Source of the DNA: an uncultured Prevotellaceae bacterium
GTDB taxonomy: Bacteria > Bacteroidota > Bacteroidia > Bacteroidales > UBA3663
NCBI GenBank assembly: GCA_964530595.1
Contig: CAZGZL010000003.1
Span: 1 to 51,039 of the forward strand
Direction: 5' to 3'
Length of the DNA: 51,039 nucleotides
How positions within the stretch are numbered: the first letter of the stretch is position 1; the number at the start of each line of letters is the position of its first letter. The translations under genes and the position numbers were made by a program. Positions 1 through 8,887 of the stretch are shown piece by piece. Under the pieces are notes generated by a model. That model was not told the DNA's origin and made no database searches. It saw nothing but the letters and a program-made list of their open reading frames with translations.

Positions 1-394
1 TGAGGCACAAAGAGAATACATCGGTCGTGACATTGGGACGAGCCTCATAAATCACCCCGATCACGCCAAAGGGGACCGACACCTTACGAATTTTCATTCC
101 GTTGGGGCGCACCGTCTCCATCAACGTCCGTCCCAACGGCGAGGGCAAAGCCACCACCTGTCGCAGCCCCTCCGCCATGTCGGAGATTCGTTCGGGGGTC
201 AGCTTTAGACGGTCGAAGTTGGTATAAGAGGCGTCCAACCGCTCCATATCGGTGGCATTGGCACGCAACACCGACTCGCTCCCCTCCATCAAGCGTTCTG
301 CCAAGCGGAGCAATAGCGCATCTATATCAGCAGGGGCAACAGACACCAAAAGACGTGAGGCTGATCGCGCCGCACTCAATAGGTTGTGAATCAT
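1..394 (-). CDS. proA: Gamma-glutamyl phosphate reductase, N-terminal part (runs off the left edge)
   Basis: Not in the ORF track. My translation from ATG at 394 gives MIHNLLSAARSAS...FDRLKLTPERI...LPSPLG...RPNGMKIRKVSVPFGVIGVIYEARPNVTTDVFSLCL, the ProA signature. Confidence 0.95.
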   Translation of the reverse strand, partial: MIHNLLSAARSASRLLVSVAPADIDALLLRLAERLMEGSESVLRANATDMERLDASYTNFDRLKLTPERISDMAEGLRQVVALPSPLGRTLMETVRPNGMKIRKVSVPFGVIGVIYEARPNVTTDVFSLCL

Positions 395-397
395 TGG

Positions 398-574
398 TCA
401 AGTGAATTGATTGGTATGTACATTGTAGGTAAACCCTGCATCGCGTAGTTTCTCCTCCAAGTCCTCACGGCACACATCCATTGAGTCGCAAAGCTCATCC
501 AAAGACTCATACGAATCACGCAATTTCATGTTCACGACGCTCAGTAGCATCATTGGGTCATAAGGTAAATACAT
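398..574 (-). CDS. DUF4250-family small protein (58 aa)
   Basis: Below the ORF-track cutoff. Manual translation MYLPYDPMMLLSVVNMKLRDSYESLDELCDSMDVCREDLEEKLRDAGFTYNVHTNQFT* matches the DUF4250 pattern (DP.MLLS.VN.KLRD.Y.SLDELC...NQF); stop lies 3 nt before the proA start. Confidence 0.85.
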   Translation of the reverse strand: MYLPYDPMMLLSVVNMKLRDSYESLDELCDSMDVCREDLEEKLRDAGFTYNVHTNQFT

Positions 575-637
575 GGCACTATGTTTTTGTGTTTATGATA
601 TACAAATTTCCAAAGGATTATGGTCGATCTCTATGAT

Positions 638-1288
638 TCAGACGTAGGGATTATTTTCGCGTTCAAAGTCGATGTTGGTACGCGGACCATGGCCGGGATA
701 GACTTGCGTCTCGTCCGGCAAGGTAAACAGTTTGTTCGCGATGCCCTCTGCCAACGCTGTCCCATTGCAGCCCCACTGAGCGCCGAAGTCGGAACGTCCT
801 ACGCCGGCACAAAACAACACATCGCCGGTGAACACCACCTGCGACTGGGGGAAATAATAGCACAGACCATGAAAACTGTGTCCGGGCACATCCAACACAC
901 GAATCTCCTCGTCGCCCAACGTCAGAAGGTCGCCCTCCTGCACATCGCGGGTGATCGGGGCAGGTTGCCCCACCATCTTCACGCCGAACAGTGTGGCTTG
1001 CGTCCGTCCGTCAGGCAGACGCTGTTCCTCGTCCAAGCTGCCGCAGACCGGGGCGTGAAAGTCGCGAACAGGGTAGCGCGTACCCATCACATGGTCGACA
1101 TGACCGTGGGTCAACAGGATGTACTTCAGCGTCAGATTGTTCTGGCGAATATAGGCACCGATGGAATACCATTGTGTCTCACTATTACATCCGCAGTCTA
1201 TCAGAACCGCCTCGTTCGTCGATTCGCTCACCACCAAATAGGTGTTTTGCTGAAAAGCATTGCAGATGTAATTCTTGATCGTTACCAT
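638..1288 (-). CDS. MBL-fold metallo-hydrolase (glyoxalase II/YcbL-like)
   Basis: THGHVDH, PGHS, FTGDVLF, GRSD and YPGHGP motifs. Confidence 0.92.
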   Translation of the reverse strand: MVTIKNYICNAFQQNTYLVVSESTNEAVLIDCGCNSETQWYSIGAYIRQNNLTLKYILLTHGHVDHVMGTRYPVRDFHAPVCGSLDEEQRLPDGRTQATLFGVKMVGQPAPITRDVQEGDLLTLGDEEIRVLDVPGHSFHGLCYYFPQSQVVFTGDVLFCAGVGRSDFGAQWGCNGTALAEGIANKLFTLPDETQVYPGHGPRTNIDFERENNPYV

Positions 1289-1298
1289 AATTCTTTAC

Positions 1299-1922
1299 TT
1301 ATTTAACGGCAGCGGGAACGTAAACCACCCGCTTGGTCTCGAAGAAGGGCTCCCGGAAGTAGCGAGCGATCTCTACTACCTCCGCGCCGCGACAGAGCGT
1401 CGGCTGAAGCTCCTCTGTGAGGTCTCCCCCCTTGAGACAGATCAGTCCGCGCGTCATCTTGCGGCGCACAATCTTCAGCAGGTCGGGCAGAGGCATCACC
1501 GCACGACTCACAACGTAGTCGTAGGTATCTTTCAACTCCTCGGCGCCGGCGTGCCGAAATTCCACATTCGTCAAACCGATGGCATGAGCCACCTCTTGAG
1601 CTACGCGCACTTTCTTACCGATACGATCTACCAACATGAAACGACATTCCGGATAGGCTATCGCCAACGGAATACCGGGGAAGCCACCGCCTGTGCCGAG
1701 ATCCATCAGGCTCGTGCCAGCGGCAAAGCCACCCAAACGCTCTTCGGCAAAGCTCGCTATCGCCAACGAATGTTGCACATGGTGTTCATAGAGGTCGTCA
1801 ATATCCTTGCGCGAAATCACGTTGATCTTGGCATTCCACTCCGTATATAAATCACGAAGTGCTGCAAATTGCGTCAGCTGAGTCTCGCTGAATTGTGGAA
1901 AGTATTGTGTGAACTGCATCAT
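1299..1922 (-). CDS. rsmG: 16S rRNA m7G527 methyltransferase RsmG (GidB)
   Basis: WNAKINVISR, H..HSL, DLGTGGGFPGIPLAI, VSRAV and LKG motifs. Start moved to MMQF at 1922, overlapping the upstream stop codon. Confidence 0.95.
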   Translation of the reverse strand: MMQFTQYFPQFSETQLTQFAALRDLYTEWNAKINVISRKDIDDLYEHHVQHSLAIASFAEERLGGFAAGTSLMDLGTGGGFPGIPLAIAYPECRFMLVDRIGKKVRVAQEVAHAIGLTNVEFRHAGAEELKDTYDYVVSRAVMPLPDLLKIVRRKMTRGLICLKGGDLTEELQPTLCRGAEVVEIARYFREPFFETKRVVYVPAAVK

Positions 1923-2794
1923 TCTTCTGTAGTCTCTGCCCCCTCCGGTGTATAAGCCTCCGCCAAGGGGATCAGGGGTGAATCCTCCAACAGGTAGGGA
2001 TAGATGACATCCCACGAAAGGCGTGCGGAAATGATCCCTAAGTAATAGGGGGCAATCTCGTAAGGGTTGTATTGCCAAACAATACCGCTATCATTCAAGT
2101 AGAAGTTATCGGTCAATCCCACCTCGTCCGGAGCGAAAAAGAGCCCTTTATCGCCCAACTCTGCCACAGAATTACACCCTTGGTCTTGCGCCATCTGTTC
2201 ACGCAAACGGGCTGACAATTCCTCCGCCGCCTGTGTACTAAATAGGTCGCTCAAGAACAGTGGGCACGCTGTATTCAGATCTATTACACGGTTGCTTACC
2301 GATGTGTTGCCGTGCGCACCGCCGCCATAGGTATAGGTCGTAACGCTATACGAAAGGAAGGAATCCGAGAGGTAAACCACGCGACCGCTAAGGATGTCCT
2401 CATGGCTCATCCACGTAATCGCTGCTTCACGATCATCGCCATAAAGGACGTCCATGTTTTTGCCCTCGGCGCGATATTGCTCGATGCAGTGATCACGATA
2501 GTGAGTGGCAGCCTTCACCGGGTCAAGTCCGGCGTATTCGTCACTAAACATTTGGCTTACGATGAAAGTCTCAGCCGTATGCAGCAGCTGTGGCTGCGTT
2601 GCTGTGATGGGATATTCCATAGCGAGCTTAAAGTGATACTGTGGCGAAAGACCATCATCCACCAAAGGGCAAATGGTGTCTATGCGCAATGTATCAAAAG
2701 TCAATGCGGGACTCTCCTGCTGACGGGAGAATGAGTTGCAGCCTGTCAAGGCGCCGAACGTGAGTAGCCCAAGTACGGGCACATACGATTTCAT
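1919..2794 (-). CDS. DUF3298/DUF4163 (RsiV/PdaC-like) lipoprotein
   Basis: Lipobox ALTGC; Y.Y.GGAHG and YNPYEIAPY motifs. Start taken at MKSY (2794). Confidence 0.85.
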   Translation of the reverse strand: MKSYVPVLGLLTFGALTGCNSFSRQQESPALTFDTLRIDTICPLVDDGLSPQYHFKLAMEYPITATQPQLLHTAETFIVSQMFSDEYAGLDPVKAATHYRDHCIEQYRAEGKNMDVLYGDDREAAITWMSHEDILSGRVVYLSDSFLSYSVTTYTYGGGAHGNTSVSNRVIDLNTACPLFLSDLFSTQAAEELSARLREQMAQDQGCNSVAELGDKGLFFAPDEVGLTDNFYLNDSGIVWQYNPYEIAPYYLGIISARLSWDVIYPYLLEDSPLIPLAEAYTPEGAETTEE

Positions 2795-2847
2795 AACGGT
2801 AAACATTATAATAACCGATAAGTCTTATTGTCTTGATTTTGACGGCG

Positions 2848-2855
2848 CAAAAATA
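2848..2855 (-). promoter_or_regulatory. Bacteroidetes -7 element (TATTTTTG) for the DUF3298-rsmG-MBL operon
   Basis: TAnnTTTG on the minus strand about 54 nt upstream of the start codon. Confidence 0.55.
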
Positions 2856-3087
2856 TATAAAAATTACGAAAATAGGGCAATAGGTACTGAAAAATCTATT
2901 TTCGATAGAAAAATGTTGCGCTCCGGCTGTTTTTGCGCTCTCCCGACGACCGAATCCGATCGTCACGGCAGCGAGACGACGCGAAGTCGCCGGATTACAT
3001 CTCTGCGTCGCTGCGCTTAACATCAAGGCGCACGAGCGCACGAACATATTTTAATAGATGTTATGCATCGCATTCGGGAAATACCGT

Positions 3088-3095
3088 TACCTTTG
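3088..3095 (+). promoter_or_regulatory. -7 element TACCTTTG, 5 nt before the ATG (probable leaderless transcript)
   Basis: tacctttg-tcggc-ATG(3101). Confidence 0.6.
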
Positions 3096-3100
3096 TCGGC

Positions 3101-3928
3101 ATGAAAAAATGCTTTTTTATCGCTCTGCTCGTGATTTCGGCTTATGCAGGATCACTTAGAGCACAAAATTATGATTATTGGGTCAGCCGCAGCTTTGACT
3201 GCATCGAACAGGATAGTTTGGCAGAAGCCGAACAAGCGCTACACGAAGCGCTGCATTTAGAGCCTGCTAATCCACGCAATGGACTGTTACTATCCAACAT
3301 GGGGACGTTACAACGGCACCAAGGTAAGCTGAAGGAGGCTGAGATCTCCTACACTTCTGCCCTATCGCTGCTACCGGAAAATATCGACTTACTGCGCAAT
3401 CGCGCCAATCTCTACACGGAGATGGAACGATGGGAGGAGGCGCTGACCGACTACACGGACATTATTCGCATCTCGCCGCAAGACGAAGATGCCCACTACG
3501 AACGGGCTATGGTACGCCTGATCTTGGCAGATACGACCGGGGCGCGTCGCGAACTGGAACTGATAGATAGCTTCAACCCTCACAGCGCCAAAGCCCGTTT
3601 GGGAATGGCTTATGTCTACAAGACCACGGGCGATTACGGATTGGCAGCCGACCTCTACAATGCTCTGATCGAAGCCAACCCCAAGAGCTATTCACTCTAT
3701 ATGCAGCGGGCGGAAGTGTACTACTTGAGCGGACGCCTCGGCGCGGCTGAGGGAGACATCAATCGCAGCATTGCCCTCTACGACAAAGACCCCATGACCT
3801 ACCTGCTTCGTGGACGCATTCGCTATGCCCGCCGAGACAAGAAAGGAGCCAAAGCGGACGTAGATCGCGCCTTAGTTTTGGGTTTGGATCCACAAATCGC
3901 CGACGATTTGATAAAAAAGTGTAAATAA
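3101..3928 (+). CDS. Exported tetratricopeptide-repeat protein
   Basis: Signal peptide MKKCFFIALLVISAYAGSLRA|Q followed by tandem TPR-like repeats (e.g. LLRNRANLYTEMERWEEALTDYTDIIRISP). Confidence 0.88.
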   Translation: MKKCFFIALLVISAYAGSLRAQNYDYWVSRSFDCIEQDSLAEAEQALHEALHLEPANPRNGLLLSNMGTLQRHQGKLKEAEISYTSALSLLPENIDLLRNRANLYTEMERWEEALTDYTDIIRISPQDEDAHYERAMVRLILADTTGARRELELIDSFNPHSAKARLGMAYVYKTTGDYGLAADLYNALIEANPKSYSLYMQRAEVYYLSGRLGAAEGDINRSIALYDKDPMTYLLRGRIRYARRDKKGAKADVDRALVLGLDPQIADDLIKKCK

Positions 3929-3975
3929 AAAATATTTTGTGTAACCCTGAATGTACGGGTAGTGCAAAAAAGATA

Positions 3976-3983
3976 TATCTTTG
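3976..3983 (+). promoter_or_regulatory. -7 element TATCTTTG, 5 nt before the ATG
   Basis: tatctttg-cgaag-ATG(3989). Confidence 0.6.
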
Positions 3984-3988
3984 CGAAG

Positions 3989-5197
3989 ATGAAATCTTTG
4001 GCCACATACATAGAATACCTGATCATGTCCCGACACTTCGCTTTCGTGCCGGGCTTAGGTGCCTTCATGATCCATGAAGTACCTGCACACATCGAAACCA
4101 TACGAGAGGAACAATCCGGAGTCGCACGCTTTGTGCTGACCCCGCCGACACACGTTTTGTCGTTCAATCGGTTGGTAACACACGACGATGGAGTGCTCGC
4201 TAACACTTACATGGAGTTTGAAGAGTGCAGCTACGATGAGGCACAGGCACAGATTCATCACGAAGTGGCTCAATGGTTGCGAACATTAGAGGAGGTCGGA
4301 AGCGTTGTCTTGGGCACTTGGGGACGACTTGATCTCGACGAAGAACGTCGTTGGAGCTTCACCGCCACCCATGACGCTACGACGCAGACCGCTACACCGC
4401 ATCATTACGGACTGGCAACGTTGACCTTGAACCAATGGCAGCAGCCCGCGCCGAAAGTGGCTCCTGCCCCGACCGTGCAACATCCCGCCACAACAGCGCA
4501 CGACGAGCGGTTGGTGCTCCCCATCACACGCTACGTGGCGCAGCGTATGGCTATGATCGTATTGATCTTATGCACTTGTTTCAGTGGCTTCCTCCCCTAT
4601 TCTCGCATCGACCGCCCGACACAAGAGGCGTGCGTGATAGACAGCGAGATCCTTTCGGGCGACAGAATGCCTTATATGCAAGTGCGCCACACTTGGGAGG
4701 AGACTTGGGAGCAAGAGATCGCCCTCAGTGAGGCGTGGACAGACAGTGAGGCTACCCAGATCACGGCAGAAGCCGTTCCGTTGACAGCAGAGCTGAGCGC
4801 TCCGGAGACGATTGTCTCCACGACTACTCAAGCAGTTCCCACGACCGAAGATCCGCAGGCTAAACGATATTATATCATCATTGGCAGCTGCACCACCGAA
4901 GAGGAGGCTACGGCTCAATGTGCTCGTCTGCGCAAGTCGGGCGTTACCGATGTAGGCATTCTGCTAAAAGACGATCGCTATCGTCTGTATATTAACGACT
5001 TCGCCGACAGAAGCGAAGCGGAAAGCTATCTTTCAGACCTGAGAGCACAAAGCTCTTTCCACGACGCATGGCTATTGCCTGCTCGGTCGGCTTCCTTAAA
5101 GCATATAAGTAAAATAAAACATAATGAACAATTACCAATGGAATTGTCGCACCTTACCACCGGAACTAAACGAGACGCAGGAGGCAATCTCAGCTGA
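3989..5197 (+). CDS. HU-CCDC81-like N-terminal domain / TM / C-terminal SPOR domain protein
   Basis: N-terminal IEYLI...VPGLGAF...PP..LSFN..L.HDDGVL and LGTWGRL; central hydrophobic helix; C-terminal YYIIIGS...YRLYI..F..R.EA...AWLL (SPOR). Confidence 0.8.
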   Translation: MKSLATYIEYLIMSRHFAFVPGLGAFMIHEVPAHIETIREEQSGVARFVLTPPTHVLSFNRLVTHDDGVLANTYMEFEECSYDEAQAQIHHEVAQWLRTLEEVGSVVLGTWGRLDLDEERRWSFTATHDATTQTATPHHYGLATLTLNQWQQPAPKVAPAPTVQHPATTAHDERLVLPITRYVAQRMAMIVLILCTCFSGFLPYSRIDRPTQEACVIDSEILSGDRMPYMQVRHTWEETWEQEIALSEAWTDSEATQITAEAVPLTAELSAPETIVSTTTQAVPTTEDPQAKRYYIIIGSCTTEEEATAQCARLRKSGVTDVGILLKDDRYRLYINDFADRSEAESYLSDLRAQSSFHDAWLLPARSASLKHISKIKHNEQLPMELSHLTTGTKRDAGGNLS

Positions 5198-6941
5198 CCT
5201 CTCGCTCAGCCCCATCATCAGCAACCTATTGCTGTTACGTGGGGTTCGATCTGTGGAGGAAGCTCGCAGCTTTCTCCGCCCCCAGCTGTCGGAAGGACTG
5301 CACGATCCGTTCTTGATGAAGGACATGGACAAAGCAGTGCAACGCCTCAATGAGGCCATCGGCAGAAAGGAAAAGATTCTGATCTATGGAGATTATGACG
5401 TCGACGGCACCTCTGCCGTTGCCTTTGTGTATCGTTTCCTAAGGGGATTTTATGCCCAGCTCGATTATTACATCCCGGATCGTTATGACGACGGTTACGG
5501 TATTTCTGAAAAAGGTGTGGACTACGCCCACGACAATGGCGTTAAACTGGTCATCACTTTAGACTGCGGCATTAAGGCCATCAATATGGTGGATTATGCA
5601 CGGCAGAAAGGTATCGACTTCATCATTTGCGACCATCACAAGCCCGACGAAACACTTCCTGCGGCAGTGGCGGTATTGGATCCTAAACGCGAAGACGATC
5701 ATTACCCTTATCCCCATCTCTCGGCTTGCGGTGTGGGTTTAAAATTTATGCAAGCCTTTGCCCGCAACAACGGATTGGGCGAGTTGCAGCTCATTTATCC
5801 CCTCTTGGATCTGTGTGCCATCAGTATTGCTTCGGACATCGTGCCCATCACTGGCGAGAATCGCGTACTCTCATTCAACGGTCTGCGCCGTCTGAACGAG
5901 CAGGCGTGCAATGGTCTACGCGCCATCATCGAACAGTGCGGCATCTCGCACAAGAAGGAACTCACCAACTCTGACATTGTCTTTAAGATCGGTCCTCGCA
6001 TCAACGCTTCCGGGCGTATGATGTGCGGCAAAGAGGCGGTAGATCTACTCTTGGCGAAGGATATGAACACCGCCAAGGAGTGCGCCCGTCAGATTTCAGA
6101 GTATAACGAGAACCGTAAGGAGTTAGACAAGAAAGTAACCGAAGAAGCCATCGCACAGGTGGATGCCGACCCCGATTTGGCGCACAAGAAGAGCCTATTG
6201 GTTTACAATCAGACGTGGCATAAAGGGGTGATCGGCATTGTTGCGTCTCGCTTGACTGAACATTATTATCGCCCCGCCATCGTGCTGACGTCCGCCGGGA
6301 ATGGGTTAGCAAGCGGTTCGGCACGCAGTATTCAGGGTGTGAACGTCTACAACGCGATCAATTCATGTCGCGACTTAGTAGAGACGTTCGGCGGTCATTC
6401 TTTTGCTGCCGGTCTGACATTGCGTGAAGATCGTATTCCGGAATTCACTCAGCGAATGGAAGAGTACGTGGAACAAAATATCACACCGGCACAACAGTGC
6501 CAACACTTGGATATAGATTTGGAAATTTCTTTTGCCGACATCAATATCAAGCTCTACAAGGGGATCCGTAGCCTCTCGCCTTTCGGCGCCGGCAATATGA
6601 AACCGCTGTTCGTGGCACGCGGCGTGAAAGATGTGGGTACCAGCAAGCTGGTAGGCAAAAATTTGGAACATATTCGCTTGGAACTGATCGACCCGGTGAC
6701 CGGAGTGGAACAGAACGGCATTGCCTTCAATGCCGCTGAGAAATTCCCCATTGTGCAGAGCGAAGAGCCTTTCGATATTGTTTTTACGGTAGAAGAGAAT
6801 TCTTACAGTCCCACCACGGTGCAGTTGATGGTGAAAGACATCAAACGCAGTCACGAGGCACAAGAATGCGGCGAATGTCCCTATGTGGACTATTCGCAGG
6901 AGGAAATGTGTCCCGAAAGTCTGCAAACGGTGCACGCTTGA
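5124..6941 (+). CDS. recJ: ssDNA exonuclease RecJ
   Basis: YGDYDVDG, DCGI, DHH, PRINASGR, GSARS and FGGH motifs. Confidence 0.97.
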   Translation: MNNYQWNCRTLPPELNETQEAISADLSLSPIISNLLLLRGVRSVEEARSFLRPQLSEGLHDPFLMKDMDKAVQRLNEAIGRKEKILIYGDYDVDGTSAVAFVYRFLRGFYAQLDYYIPDRYDDGYGISEKGVDYAHDNGVKLVITLDCGIKAINMVDYARQKGIDFIICDHHKPDETLPAAVAVLDPKREDDHYPYPHLSACGVGLKFMQAFARNNGLGELQLIYPLLDLCAISIASDIVPITGENRVLSFNGLRRLNEQACNGLRAIIEQCGISHKKELTNSDIVFKIGPRINASGRMMCGKEAVDLLLAKDMNTAKECARQISEYNENRKELDKKVTEEAIAQVDADPDLAHKKSLLVYNQTWHKGVIGIVASRLTEHYYRPAIVLTSAGNGLASGSARSIQGVNVYNAINSCRDLVETFGGHSFAAGLTLREDRIPEFTQRMEEYVEQNITPAQQCQHLDIDLEISFADINIKLYKGIRSLSPFGAGNMKPLFVARGVKDVGTSKLVGKNLEHIRLELIDPVTGVEQNGIAFNAAEKFPIVQSEEPFDIVFTVEENSYSPTTVQLMVKDIKRSHEAQECGECPYVDYSQEEMCPESLQTVHA

Positions 6942-6942
6942 G

Positions 6943-8688
6943 ATGACTGATATCTTTGCGATCCTAAAAGAGTATTGGGGCTTCGAGACGTTTCGCCCCG
7001 GACAAGAGGAGGTGATTCGTTCCCTTCTCGAAGGGCACGATACGTTGGCACTGCTTCCTACGGGAGGCGGCAAGAGTCTGACGTTCCAAATTCCTGCGTT
7101 GGCATTAGGCGGACTCTGTCTGGTCATCACACCGCTGATTGCATTGATGAAGGATCAGACCGACCACTTGACGCAGCGCGGCATTAAGGCTGCTTATCTC
7201 CACGCAGGGCAAACCCGCCAAGAACAAGTAGAGATTTACGACCGCGTGGGCGAAGAGCGCTATAACTTCCTTTATCTTTCTCCCGAACGTTTGCGCAGTC
7301 CGCTGTTTCAAGCACGGCTACAATATTTGGACGTCCGCTTGGTGGTGGTGGACGAGGCACATTGTATCTCCGCATGGGGCTACGATTTCCGTCCCGCCTA
7401 TCGCCTAATCGGTGAACTCCGCTCACTGCTTCGTCGCCCGGATGTTCCATTCATAGCGCTCACCGCTACGGCTACCGAGGCGGTGGTGGCAGACGTTGTG
7501 CGGCAGCTTCGGTTTCGACCTGATTTCCGGGTGATTCGCGGAAGCTTTGTCCGGCACAATTTAACGTATACGGTGCTTTACACCGACGATCAAGTGACAC
7601 AGACGGCCGATTTGCTGCGCGAAGTGTCTTGTGGCATCGTATATGTTCGCAATCGCGAGCTGACAGTCGAATTAGCAACACAGCTGAAGCGTTTGGGCAT
7701 TCAAACAGAGTTCTACCATGCAGGGCTTTCGTCGTCCGATCGTCAACGACGCCAAGAACGTTGGATGCGAGGCGAGGTGGCGGTCATGGTGGCAACCAAT
7801 GCGTTCGGCATGGGCATCGACAAGGCAGATGTGCGCCGTGTCATCCACTGGGGTCCTCCACCGTCGCCGGAAGAATATATTCAGGAGGCGGGACGCGCCG
7901 GACGTGATGGAGCTCCGGCAGAGGCTATACTCGTAGTGTATGGCTCTTCGGAGACTAATTATAATCACCTGCGTACTTTGGTGGCACAGCAATTTCCGGA
8001 ACGTGACTATATTAAATATGTGTACGAACGTTTGGGAAGTTTCTTTCAGGTCGCTGTCGGCGCCGGAGAATTCGCGGTCTTCGACTTTCAGATCGATCGT
8101 TTCTGCGCCGCGTATAAGCTGTCGCAAGAGGAGACATACCGTTCCCTGAAGCTCTTGGAGCAGGCAGGCTATCTGCTCTATCGCGAGCAACCGGATAGCT
8201 TGAGTTCGGTGCGCATGACTGTGCCACGCGAACAGCTGTATCGGCTGAAAGCTGATCGTAAGAGCTCTGAGATCTTGCATTATCTGCTGCGGCTCTATGC
8301 TGGGATTTTTGCCGATTGGGTGCCGATTCGAGAAGAAACGATCGCTGAACGCATCGAACGAGAGGGTATTGAGCGCGTAACGACGCTCGAAGTGGTGCAT
8401 ACGCTGCAACAACTGCAGCGACAACAGATCTTATATTACCGACCACGTCGGACGCTGCCGAGCTTGGTATTTCTGACTCCCCGCTTGGATCGAGGGGATT
8501 TACGCATCGGACACGAGATTTACGAAGACAGCCGCGACCGCCTGATGCGTAGAGCTCAGGCGATGGGGCAATATATTGCCAATCGGGAGCAATGCCGCCA
8601 ACGGCAACTACTCCGCTATTTCGGCGAGGAACCGACAGAGGATTGTGGTCTCTGCGATGTATGTAGACAAAAAAATGCGCATTTTTAG
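6943..8688 (+). CDS. RecQ-family ATP-dependent DNA helicase (Bacteroidetes RecQ2-type, Zn-binding C-terminus, no evident HRDC)
   Basis: LPTGGGKS, DEAHCIS.WG.DFRP.Y, ATNAFGMGIDK, QEAGRAGRDG; C-terminal CRQ..LLRYFGE....CGLCDVC. Starts 1 nt after the recJ stop. Confidence 0.93.
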   Translation: MTDIFAILKEYWGFETFRPGQEEVIRSLLEGHDTLALLPTGGGKSLTFQIPALALGGLCLVITPLIALMKDQTDHLTQRGIKAAYLHAGQTRQEQVEIYDRVGEERYNFLYLSPERLRSPLFQARLQYLDVRLVVVDEAHCISAWGYDFRPAYRLIGELRSLLRRPDVPFIALTATATEAVVADVVRQLRFRPDFRVIRGSFVRHNLTYTVLYTDDQVTQTADLLREVSCGIVYVRNRELTVELATQLKRLGIQTEFYHAGLSSSDRQRRQERWMRGEVAVMVATNAFGMGIDKADVRRVIHWGPPPSPEEYIQEAGRAGRDGAPAEAILVVYGSSETNYNHLRTLVAQQFPERDYIKYVYERLGSFFQVAVGAGEFAVFDFQIDRFCAAYKLSQEETYRSLKLLEQAGYLLYREQPDSLSSVRMTVPREQLYRLKADRKSSEILHYLLRLYAGIFADWVPIREETIAERIEREGIERVTTLEVVHTLQQLQRQQILYYRPRRTLPSLVFLTPRLDRGDLRIGHEIYEDSRDRLMRRAQAMGQYIANREQCRQRQLLRYFGEEPTEDCGLCDVCRQKNAHF

Positions 8689-8719
8689 CAATATTTTTTG
8701 TTGTCTCTAAAAAACCTTT

Positions 8720-8727
8720 TATATTTG
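8720..8727 (+). promoter_or_regulatory. -7 element TATATTTG of rho
   Basis: TAnnTTTG with TTTG about 20 nt upstream (8697-8700); implies a leader of about 155 nt. Confidence 0.65.
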
Positions 8728-8887
8728 CCGTCGTTATCATGAAACAGGCCCATTTCTCTATGAGGCTCGGATGTTTCAACAGAATATTCCTATCAATTTA
8801 TTGACTTCATTTCTCTTCAGACAGAAATAAAACCGTTTAAGGTGGCGCGCGTCGTGTGCTGCTGTCTGAAATACAAACTCTAAATTT

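Noticed and set aside
620-1850. Plus-strand ORFs of 228 and 191 aa
   Set aside because: Antisense to the MBL hydrolase and rsmG, which carry clear family motifs.
1923-2078. N-terminal extension of rsmG in the ORF track (likewise upstream extensions of TPR, RecQ2, hemW, MFS, GH2, FeoAB)
   Set aside because: They overlap neighbouring genes or promoter elements; downstream ATGs fit signal peptides and family starts better.
2944-3015. GC-rich imperfect hairpins between the divergent DUF3298 and TPR promoters
   Set aside because: Single copy, irregular pairing, upstream of both -7 boxes; cannot support a REP or ncRNA call.
6951-6958. TATCTTTG promoter-like motif at the start of the RecQ2 gene
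   Set aside because: Inside the coding sequence (D-I-F-A codons) with no suitable downstream start; an 8-mer with two free positions occurs by chance.
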